Of a stretch of 64,000 bases of DNA, positions 56,323 to 64,000 are shown one piece after another. The position numbers and the translations under genes were made by a program. Each line of letters begins with the position of its first letter. Positions within the stretch are counted from its first letter, which is position 1. Location of the stretch: NCBI GenBank assembly GCA_965224245.1, contig OZ245046.1, forward strand, positions 5,664,001 through 5,728,000, written 5' to 3'. Source of the DNA: Candidatus Eiseniibacteriota bacterium. GTDB taxonomy: Bacteria; Eisenbacteria; RBG-16-71-46; CAZAMP01. The notes under the pieces are model-generated. The model saw only the letters and a list, made by a program, of their open reading frames with translations. It was not told where the DNA came from and searched no databases.

Positions 56323-59244
56323 TCAGCCCTTCAGGTTGAATGAGATCGAGGCCTTCCGACCGAGGCGATGACCCTTCGTCGTGAAATCGCCCTGGCGGTA
56401 CTCGACCTCGTCGTCCAGGATGTTCTCGAATCCGATCTTCACGAGGCCGTTTCCGAGCGAGAACTTGGCGTCGAGGCTATGGAACGGTCGCTCGTACTCG
56501 TCCGGCTGGCCGAAGCCGGCGATCTTGCGCAGTCGCTTGCCGAACACGTTGTACAGAAGCGACGCCGACGTGCCGCCGGTCACCGACGTGAAGTGCACGC
56601 CCAGATTCACGATGTACGGGGACTGCCCGTCGAACGGCCGGTTGCCGGCGGTCTGGATGCCGGGAAGACCCTCGGAGTTGAGCTTGGAGTCCGTGAACGT
56701 GAAGTTCGTGCTGAGTCCCCAGCTGCGGTACTTGTGCGACAGCCGCCCCAGGCCGAACCGGGCCTCCAGCTCCAGGCCGCGGACCCAGCCGTCCTTTGCG
56801 TTCTGCGGAACGTACAGGTAGCTGCCGCCCGCCGTGATCGTCTGCACGACCGGGTTCTCGAAGTCCTTCCGAAACAAGCTCACGGCCAGGAGCTCGGTGG
56901 GGCCGAGGTACGTCTCCACCCGGAGATCGAGGTTCTCGATGAGCGTCCGCTTCAGATCCGGGTTGCCGACGTTGTACTCGTCCTCTTCGAAGTTGTAGAA
57001 CACGATGCTGGCCAGCTCTCGAAGCTGTGGTCGCGTCAGCGTCTCGGTGAATGCCGCACGAACGTTGGTCCGGTCGCTCACCCTGTACACGAGATTGACC
57101 GCCGGAAGCGCGTCCCGGGTGTCCAGCTTGGACGCGGTCGCCAGCTCCTGCACGCCGAACGGGTTGGACGAGTCCACCTTCTGGAGCGAGTTCTCCCAGC
57201 GGACACCGAAGGTCGCCCGCAGGCGTGACCGGATCGGGATGTCGAGCATCGCGTAGCCCGCGTCGATCTCGTGTGAGCCCTCGTATCCGTCGAACCACTG
57301 GGTCGTCTCTTCGATGCGGAACGAGCGCGCCGCGGACTGCCCTCCGATGTTCTCGTCGGTCAGTAGCTCCTCGATGCCGGCGCCCTCCTGGATCAGTCGG
57401 CCCGCGTCGCCGATGCTGGGGACCGAGTACTTGAAGCTCCGGTAGAGCGTGTTGCGGTCCTCGTCCTTTCGGAAGTACCCGCCCTTGAAGCGGGCCACGC
57501 GGCTCGCTTTGGAGTCGTCGTCGCTCTCACCCCAGAGCGGCACCGTGAGATCGATCTTCGACACGCGCTCGTCGTCGTTGGTGTCGCCGAAGATCATCTG
57601 CAGGTTCGACTGGTCGTTGTTGCTGAGCGCGTAACGGCCGTCATTGCGTTTCTCGTACGTGTACTTCCGATGATCGGGCTCGCTGCGATCGGCCAGCGAC
57701 CGCGAGTACTTCCATTCGAGCTGCGCTCCCACGAGGACCGGGTGTTCCAGCTCGAACGAGTTGGTCTGGATCGAGCGCTCGACGAACGCCAGCTCGGTCA
57801 CTCGCACCGAGTCCCGGAACTGCTCGTCGACGCCGGACTTGATGAGCGTGATGTCCTCGGCCGAGCGGTTGTACATCGACCGGAACCGGAACGTGGTGTC
57901 CTCGAGGAGCTCCGCGGTCACGTTGCCGACGCCGCCCCAGAGGATGCTCCGCTCGTTGTAGTCGAGGTCGTAGGACACGTCGATCTCGGTGCTCTCCTCG
58001 TCCTGGATGTTCGTCGGGATCACCCGCGTCCGATCCTGCTGAGAGAACCCGTGTGAGTACGAGCCGGACGCGAGGACGCCGATGCGGCGTCCGAACACCT
58101 TGGCCTGGTCGGAGTACGACGCGCCGTAGCTCTGGTTGGGATCGGCGATGGCGCGACGCGTGCCCCAGCTCCTCGGGAAGGCCTCTCCGATCGCCTCGAT
58201 CTCCTCGGCCGAGAGCCCACCGGCGATGCCGCCCCTGACGACACGCTGATCCTCGGGGACGATGTCCGGAAGCGCGCGTGTCCCGTCGTCGTAGCCGAGC
58301 CAGTCGCGCCTGCCGCCGGCATAGGTCGTCCGGCCGAAGCCGGTCGCGCGGGAGTTCTGCCCGACCGACGCCGAGAGACTCCAGGCGCGATGGCCGGGAA
58401 AGTCCTTCGTGCGGATGTCGACCGTGCCCCCGGCGAACTGCCCGGGCTGGTCCGGGGTGAAGCTCTTCTGCACGACGATGTTGTCCACGAGACCGGTCGC
58501 GAACAGATCCAGCGGCACCACGCGGCGGTTCGGGTCGGGGCTGCTGATGGTGGCGCCGTTGACCTGCGTGGAGCTATACCGATCGCCCAGGCCTCGCACG
58601 TACGTCTCGCCGCCGATGTTCGTCAATCCGGTGACGCGCGAGAGCGCCTCGGCCGCGTTGGAATCGGTGCCCCGGCTGATCTGCTCGGAGCTGATGCCGT
58701 CGAGCACCGCGAACGACTCGCGCTGCTCGGTGAGTACGGCCTGTTCGGTGTTCTCGAGCCGCAGGTCGACGACGTCGAACGAGTCGAGGACGACGACGTC
58801 CTCGCTGAGCGGGAAGTCGACCACGGTCGTGTCGGCCTCCACGCGTACCGCTCGAGCGCGATAGGGCTCGTACGAGAAGTACGCGACCCCGAAATCGTAC
58901 AGGCCCGGCTTCAACACGAGCTGGTAGTACCCTTGCTCGTTCGACCAGATTCCCCCGGAGCTCGTGCCGAGCGTGTCGGCCAGGGACTCGATGCGATAGG
59001 CCGTCACGGGCGCGAGCGCGATGCCGTCGCCGGTCACGCGGTCGTACACGCGCCCCCTGACGATGCGATCGCGCTGTTCCTCGCCGGTCCCCGGCACGGG
59101 AAGCGACTCGACGGTATCCGGAGGCTCGATGACGTCGTCGACGTCGTCCTGGGCGAGGGCCCGGGGCGTTCCGAAGAGGAGGGCGGCGAGAACGAAGAGA
59201 CCGACAGAGGCGGGGAAGGCCACATCGCGCGATGACACGGCCAT
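56323..59244 (-). CDS. TonB-dependent receptor with N-terminal carboxypeptidase-regulatory-like domain
   Basis: VRGRVYDR.TG, DSNAAEAL.RV.G, VRGLGDRY, RVVPLDLF, KSFTPD.PG.F.GG, T.TRP..REL, GNPDLK, GQSPYIVN. Confidence 0.92.
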   Translation of the reverse strand: MAVSSRDVAFPASVGLFVLAALLFGTPRALAQDDVDDVIEPPDTVESLPVPGTGEEQRDRIVRGRVYDRVTGDGIALAPVTAYRIESLADTLGTSSGGIWSNEQGYYQLVLKPGLYDFGVAYFSYEPYRARAVRVEADTTVVDFPLSEDVVVLDSFDVVDLRLENTEQAVLTEQRESFAVLDGISSEQISRGTDSNAAEALSRVTGLTNIGGETYVRGLGDRYSSTQVNGATISSPDPNRRVVPLDLFATGLVDNIVVQKSFTPDQPGQFAGGTVDIRTKDFPGHRAWSLSASVGQNSRATGFGRTTYAGGRRDWLGYDDGTRALPDIVPEDQRVVRGGIAGGLSAEEIEAIGEAFPRSWGTRRAIADPNQSYGASYSDQAKVFGRRIGVLASGSYSHGFSQQDRTRVIPTNIQDEESTEIDVSYDLDYNERSILWGGVGNVTAELLEDTTFRFRSMYNRSAEDITLIKSGVDEQFRDSVRVTELAFVERSIQTNSFELEHPVLVGAQLEWKYSRSLADRSEPDHRKYTYEKRNDGRYALSNNDQSNLQMIFGDTNDDERVSKIDLTVPLWGESDDDSKASRVARFKGGYFRKDEDRNTLYRSFKYSVPSIGDAGRLIQEGAGIEELLTDENIGGQSAARSFRIEETTQWFDGYEGSHEIDAGYAMLDIPIRSRLRATFGVRWENSLQKVDSSNPFGVQELATASKLDTRDALPAVNLVYRVSDRTNVRAAFTETLTRPQLRELASIVFYNFEEDEYNVGNPDLKRTLIENLDLRVETYLGPTELLAVSLFRKDFENPVVQTITAGGSYLYVPQNAKDGWVRGLELEARFGLGRLSHKYRSWGLSTNFTFTDSKLNSEGLPGIQTAGNRPFDGQSPYIVNLGVHFTSVTGGTSASLLYNVFGKRLRKIAGFGQPDEYERPFHSLDAKFSLGNGLVKIGFENILDDEVEYRQGDFTTKGHRLGRKASISFNLKG

Positions 59245-59443
59245 CGAAATCCGTTTACCTGGCTGCATCATGGCACACGCTCCTCGGGGACCGAGACGGG
59301 GGGTACCGATCCGAAGTCCGGGAAGTCTACGGCCGCCCTTCGAGGACCTGATGTTAGGAAACTGTGTTTTCCGGGCGCGGAGCCGCGGGGCCGCGGGAGG
59401 TCGAAGGGCATCCGTCGCAGAGCTGCCCGTCGGCAAACCAGAG

Positions 59444-59470
59444 GAGAGCCCCGACGGGGTCGGGGCTCTC
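59444..59470. repeat. 12-bp perfect hairpin in the intergenic region
   Basis: GAGAGCCCCGAC-GGG-GTCGGGGCTCTC. Confidence 0.6.
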
Positions 59471-59531
59471 GACGGTCAGAGATGTAACGCTGAGCTGTCA
59501 GTCTCTGAAACGCGGCGCTGCAAGCTGTCGC

Positions 59532-59555
59532 GTCGAGCCCCCGGAGGGGCTCGAC
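59532..59555 (-). terminator. Hairpin just after the stop of the 59563-61347 gene
   Basis: GTCGAGCCCC-CGGA-GGGGCTCGAC; lacks a U-tract. Confidence 0.5.
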
Positions 59556-59562
59556 ATCGTGA

Positions 59563-61347
59563 TCATTGCATGTGGAACAGGCGACCGGAGACCTGCTCGG
59601 CCCCACCGATCATGCGGTAGTAGTACACGCCCGTGCTGAGGCCCGAGGGAACGGCCCACGTGATCTCGTGCGCACCGGCCGTCAGCTGCTGATCCGCGAT
59701 CGAGTCCACGAGGCGGCCGCTGACGTCGTACACGCCCAGCTCGACGTGCGCATCGGCGTCGAGCGTGATCGCGAACGTCGCATGGGTCTTGACCGGGTTC
59801 GGAAACGCTCGGAGCGCGACGCTGGCCGTCGGCGCCTGAACGTCACCCGCGGCGACCGTCGGGCTGCAGAACACACCCGGGTCCGCGCAGTTTCCGTCGC
59901 ACCCGAGTCCGCGAGCGAGCGAGGCCGCGTTCTGCACCTGGATGCCGTAGGCGTTCCAGTACGCGATGATCGAATTGTGCACCGATGCGTCCGTTCCGCG
60001 GCGGAGGTTGATGCCGTCGGTCGGGCTGCCGCCCGCCGGGCCGGGGCCGATCAACGTCAGGTTGGCCAGGATCGGCTTGGAACGGCACGGCGCATCGTTG
60101 TCGAACTCGTTGTTGTCGGCCTCGATGCCCTTGTCGCCGTCGTCGGCCCAGTGCTGATCGATCGCGAACTGAAGCCCGCCACGGAAGCCCATCTGCCAGT
60201 CGAAGCCGTCGTCGCCGCCACCGGTCGAGAGCCAGTGGTTGCCGTACGGCTTACCGCCGAACCACTCGAAGTTGTCGTCGAAGCCCATGTGGGCCTGGAG
60301 GTACTCGAGGGCCGTGGCGCAGCCGAGGCCGTTGAACGTCCAGGCGTTCAGCTCGTTGTCGATCGTGATGCCGATGCCGGCGTACTCGACGCGCGCGTAG
60401 CGGACGAGACCGCTGTCGTCGCAGTCGTCGCTGCCGCAGAAGAAGCCGGCGGTTCCACCCTCGGACGCGCAGCTCTCGCCGCCGATGCAGTCGGCGCAGT
60501 TGGCGATCGCGTTGCCGTGGATGACGACGCCGCCCCAGCCGCCGCGAGCGTAGTCGCCCGGGAGCGCGTCGGAGGTGAAGATGATCGGACGGATCTCGCG
60601 AACGCCGGTACCCGGGTTCACCCATTCGCCGTCCGCGTGGATCTTCGCGTCGCGCTCGATCACGAGGTAGCCGGCCGTGGCGGCCTCGCCGAAGATGACG
60701 GTACCGGCCTCGATGACCAGCTCGTCGCCTGCGGCCACGCTGACACGCCCGCGGAGCAGATGGTTCGAGGCGGCCGACCAGTTGAGCTCGCCCGGTCCCA
60801 GAACGCCCTCGTGAATCTCCAGCGGCTTACCGAAGTCGATGTCGGTCCGCGGGTTCCCATCCTCGTCGAGCCCGTCGAAGCTGTAGTACGTCCAGCCGGC
60901 GGTCCAGTCCTCGCCGCCCGGCTCGATCGCGCCGCGGTAGCACACCGGCACGAACTTGTCCCGCATCTTCGCGCACAGGTCGATCTCGCCCTCGCAGTTC
61001 TCGCAGTCGTCGTCGATGAACCAGAACTTCGAGACGGCATCGACCATGCCGCTGGCGATCGAGCCCGCCGCCGGGGTCATGTCGGGCGCGAAGCCCGGCG
61101 TGCCGTCGATCGGGTTGTTGAGCGGATCGGCGAGCATCGGGTTGGCGACGTCGTTGTGGAAGAGGTCGCCGGCGTTCCCGACGTGGTTCTGCGGACAGCC
61201 GGCCACCGCGTAGTTGCCGCTGGCGTCGTCCTCGGCGCCGCTCGCGTTGTCGAAGAAGATGTTGCCGGACACGGTGTCCTGCGCATTCGCACCGGCCGCG
61301 AACATGAGCAGCGTGACGCACACACCAGCCCACTTGACGTGCTTCAT
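59563..61347 (-). CDS. Secreted beta-helix-like protein with C-terminal secretion-type Ig domain (TonB-receptor-associated family)
   Basis: AAGGAG RBS, signal peptide, L.IEAGT, PIIFTS, GGWGGVVIHGNA, DDSG..RY.RVEYAG, NELN, DD..EWFGG, GIEADN; tail AFPNP...VYDVSGRLV...GVYYYR. Confidence 0.85.
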   Translation of the reverse strand: MKHVKWAGVCVTLLMFAAGANAQDTVSGNIFFDNASGAEDDASGNYAVAGCPQNHVGNAGDLFHNDVANPMLADPLNNPIDGTPGFAPDMTPAAGSIASGMVDAVSKFWFIDDDCENCEGEIDLCAKMRDKFVPVCYRGAIEPGGEDWTAGWTYYSFDGLDEDGNPRTDIDFGKPLEIHEGVLGPGELNWSAASNHLLRGRVSVAAGDELVIEAGTVIFGEAATAGYLVIERDAKIHADGEWVNPGTGVREIRPIIFTSDALPGDYARGGWGGVVIHGNAIANCADCIGGESCASEGGTAGFFCGSDDCDDSGLVRYARVEYAGIGITIDNELNAWTFNGLGCATALEYLQAHMGFDDNFEWFGGKPYGNHWLSTGGGDDGFDWQMGFRGGLQFAIDQHWADDGDKGIEADNNEFDNDAPCRSKPILANLTLIGPGPAGGSPTDGINLRRGTDASVHNSIIAYWNAYGIQVQNAASLARGLGCDGNCADPGVFCSPTVAAGDVQAPTASVALRAFPNPVKTHATFAITLDADAHVELGVYDVSGRLVDSIADQQLTAGAHEITWAVPSGLSTGVYYYRMIGGAEQVSGRLFHMQ

Positions 61348-61512
61348 GAGTGAAGCTCCTTTGGAAGTACTGGTTCCAGGATGCAGTGCCGGCTTCTCCC
61401 TCTACGCCGGCGCTTGTCGGACGAGGTCTCGGTTCCACGGAGGTACCGGTGTCGGAGGCGTGCACCGGTTCCTCCAGGCGCGGGAAGAGTAGGTATGTTC
61501 GGCGAGCCGTGG

Positions 61513-61550
61513 GTTAACGGACGGTGAGACGCTGGTTAGTCCCGCGTTAG
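61513..61550 (-). promoter_or_regulatory. Four direct repeats at 11-bp period (PHO-box-like)
   Basis: On the minus strand: CTAAC-gcggga-CTAAC-cagcgt-CTCAC-cgtccg-TTAAC. Plus-strand starts are 61513, 61524, 61535, 61546. Confidence 0.6.
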
Positions 61551-61645
61551 TGCAGGGTGGGAAGCCTATGTCGGCGCGGGTTTCCGGCCGCGCCCGTTCA
61601 GACGTCGGGCCCGGCGTGACCGCGGTCGAGACGTCGGCGTGCTCC

Positions 61646-63466
61646 CTAGCTCGTTCGCGGTGCCGGCTCCTGGTCGCCGGTTTGGACCCGCCAGAGCTTC
61701 GCGTACACCCCGTCGCGGGTGGCGAGGGAATCGTGAGTTCCGCGCTCGACGATGCGCCCCCGCTCCATCACCACGATCTCGTCCGCGTGTCGAATGGTCG
61801 AGAGGCGGTGCGCGACCACCACCGTTGTCCGGTGGGCGGCGATGCGGGCCAGCGAGCGCTGGATGGCCGCCTCGGTCTCGTTGTCCACCGACGAGGTGGC
61901 CTCGTCCAGGATCATGACGGGCGGATCCTTGAGGAGTGCGCGGGCGATCGACAGCCTCTGACGCTGTCCGCCCGACAGCTTCTGTCCGCGTTCACCGACG
62001 AGCGTGTCGTATCCGTCGGAGAGCTCCTGGACGAACCCGTGCGCCTCGGCCGCGATCGCGGCGGCGACGATGGCGTCGTCGTCGGCGTCGAACGTCCCGT
62101 AGCGGATGTTGTCGCGGACGGTGCCGTCCAGGAGAAAGACGTCCTGACTGACCAGCCCGATCGCACCGCGGAGGTCGGCGAGCGAGAGCGTGGACAGGTC
62201 GTGACCGTCCAGCGAGATCGAGCCGGCGTGAGGCTCGTAGAACCGGAGGAGGAGCTTCACGAGCGACGTCTTGCCCGATCCGGTGGCGCCCACGATGGCC
62301 ACCGTCCGACCGGCCGGGACATGGAGCGAGAAGTCCTCGAGGACGATCGGACCGGACGGATATCGAAACGACACCCGATCGAAGGTCAGCTCCCCGGAGA
62401 CGTCCTCGCGACGGAGGGGTGTCGACCCGTTTCGGATCGTGATTGGCTCGTCCAGGAGATCCAGGATGCGATGGGTGGAGGCCATCGCACGCTGATACAG
62501 ATCGACCGTCGTGCCGAGGCGGGTGAGGGGCCAAAGGAGCCGCTGCGTCATGAACACCATCACGCTGTAGGCGCCGACGGCCAGGTCGCCCGCGAAGACC
62601 GACCGCCCGCCCAGGAGAAGCGTGAGCACGAAGCCCACGACGATCACCATTCGGATCAGCGGCGAGAACGCCGAGCTGAGCCGGATGGCGGCCGAATTGC
62701 TCTCCCGGTAGCGGCTGCTCTCCCGATCGACACGGGAGATCTCGTGCGCCTCGGCGGTGAAGCTCTTGATGGTCGCGATACCGCCGAGGTTGTTCGCGAG
62801 GAGACCGTTCAGCACGCCCACGCGTTCCCGCACCGCGGCGTATCGCGGCGCGAGCCGCTTCTGAAACGAGAACGACCCCCACAGGATGAACGGGATCGGC
62901 AGGAACGCGAGCCACGCCACCTGGGGGGCGAGGGAGAAGAAGATGGCCCCGATCACCACCACGGTGGTGCCGACCTGCAGGAGATCGTTGGCGCCACCGT
63001 CCAGGAATCGCTCGAGCTGGTTCACGTCGTCGTTCAGGATCGACATGAGTCCGCCCGAGGAGCGGTCCTCGAAGTACGCGAGGTCCAGCCGCTGGATGTG
63101 GGCGTATGCGTCGAGCCGGAGCGAGTGCTGCAGCGCCTGCGCGAGATTCCGCCAGCGCACCGCGTAGAGATACTCGAAGAGCGACTCGAGCCCCCAGATG
63201 ACCAGCGTCAGGATCGCCAGCACCCAGAGCTGCCCCTCGGGGTCGGTCACGCCCGCCTTGGCCACCAGCGATTCCTCGCGCTGCACGACGACGTCGACCG
63301 CGGCGCCGATCAGCAGGGGTGGAGCCAGGTCGAAGACCTTGTTCAGGATCGAGTACGTCGTGGCCACGCGGATCGCGCCGCGGTGCTCCCGGGCGTAGGA
63401 CCACAGCCGCGCCAGCCCCGACGACCGGTGCTGGCGGCTCGGCGGGGCCGGCGCTGGCATGCTCAC
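61646..63466 (-). CDS. ABC exporter, fused permease/ATP-binding protein
   Basis: [60 protein letters not shown]. Confidence 0.94.
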   Translation of the reverse strand: MSMPAPAPPSRQHRSSGLARLWSYAREHRGAIRVATTYSILNKVFDLAPPLLIGAAVDVVVQREESLVAKAGVTDPEGQLWVLAILTLVIWGLESLFEYLYAVRWRNLAQALQHSLRLDAYAHIQRLDLAYFEDRSSGGLMSILNDDVNQLERFLDGGANDLLQVGTTVVVIGAIFFSLAPQVAWLAFLPIPFILWGSFSFQKRLAPRYAAVRERVGVLNGLLANNLGGIATIKSFTAEAHEISRVDRESSRYRESNSAAIRLSSAFSPLIRMVIVVGFVLTLLLGGRSVFAGDLAVGAYSVMVFMTQRLLWPLTRLGTTVDLYQRAMASTHRILDLLDEPITIRNGSTPLRREDVSGELTFDRVSFRYPSGPIVLEDFSLHVPAGRTVAIVGATGSGKTSLVKLLLRFYEPHAGSISLDGHDLSTLSLADLRGAIGLVSQDVFLLDGTVRDNIRYGTFDADDDAIVAAAIAAEAHGFVQELSDGYDTLVGERGQKLSGGQRQRLSIARALLKDPPVMILDEATSSVDNETEAAIQRSLARIAAHRTTVVVAHRLSTIRHADEIVVMERGRIVERGTHDSLATRDGVYAKLWRVQTGDQEPAPRTS

Positions 63467-63648
63467 GTGTGATCACCGTCCACGGAGATTGGGCCTTCCT
63501 GGGGGCGCGACGCCGGCCGGCTCGGCCGGTCGGGAGGCCTCGCCGGGATGGGCACCGGCCTCCGCTCGAACGAACGTCATTCTACAGGTTGACGGCCGCC
63601 CCGCCGAGTGGTTAGAAACCGCGTTTCCCCCCGATTCTCGGAGGATCC

Positions 63649-64000
63649 ATGGCGAGAGCGGCCCACCACAGGCGGCGCGCGGTCGTGGCGCTGGGTGGCA
63701 ACGCGATCACCCGCACCGGCCAGGAGGGAACGGTCGCGGAGGACTACCAGAACATCGACCAGAGCCTGGACGGGGTGGTCGCGCTTCTGGAGACCGGATA
63801 CCAGATCCTCCTGACCCACGGCAACGGCCCGCAGATCGGCAATCAGATGATCCGGGTCGAGCTCGCGCGTGGAGAGGCGCCCGACCTTCCGCTCGACGTC
63901 ATGGGTGCGGACATCCAGGGTGGGCTCGGCTACATGATCGAGCGGGTCCTCCGATCGAAGCTGCGCAAGCGCGGGCTCTTGCCCCGGGTCTGCTGTGTGC
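63649..64000 (+). CDS. arcC: Carbamate kinase (5' partial; absent from the ORF track because it has no stop in the window)
   Basis: Translated by hand from ATG 63649 (GGAGG RBS): MARAAHHRRRAVVALGGNAITR...LLTHGNGPQIGN...LPLDVMGADIQGGLGYMIE. Confidence 0.92.
   Translation, partial: MARAAHHRRRAVVALGGNAITRTGQEGTVAEDYQNIDQSLDGVVALLETGYQILLTHGNGPQIGNQMIRVELARGEAPDLPLDVMGADIQGGLGYMIERVLRSKLRKRGLLPRVCCV

Noticed and set aside
59428-59475. GGCAAACC, reminiscent of a c-di-GMP-I riboswitch
   Set aside because: Opposite strand to the downstream gene, and the GAAA loop and GCAAAG elements do not follow.

Overview
A 64 kb, very GC-rich (roughly 70% by eye) bacterial chromosomal segment with about 50 supportable CDSs. 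I recognised no rRNA, tRNA, CRISPR array, transposase or phage gene. TonB-dependent receptors and lipoproteins indicate a diderm cell. Secreted proteins ending in FlgD/'PNP...G.Y' Ig tails, an 'SWxxVKxxY' tail or a dockerin-like duplication suggest an uncultured FCB-group lineage such as Eisenbacteria, Krumholzibacteriota or Latescibacterota (inference only). Housekeeping content: gdhA, aceE, a full SUF operon (Rrf2-sufBCDSU-sufT), a TIGR03960/TIGR03936 radical SAM pair, mtaB, DUF99, apaH, ggt, a cystathionine gamma-synthase/lyase, a K+ channel, ABC transporters and the 5' part of carbamate kinase. The best candidate for an undescribed system is at the left edge: two paralogous secreted pilin-like subunits, a PapD-like chaperone and a non-canonical usher-like outer-membrane protein, with a GT-C-like glycosyltransferase and an orphan khpA between them. 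Second is a secreted beta-helix protein / TonB receptor / lipoprotein locus preceded by four repeats at exact 11-bp spacing (PHO-box-like). Other oddities: an ANKH-like transporter, a GDH with an animal-type antenna insertion, a PepSY-FKBP fusion and a Thr-type sulfatase-TPR protein. All family assignments come from reading motifs by eye; no database search was run, and many start codons were re-chosen from the ORF track.
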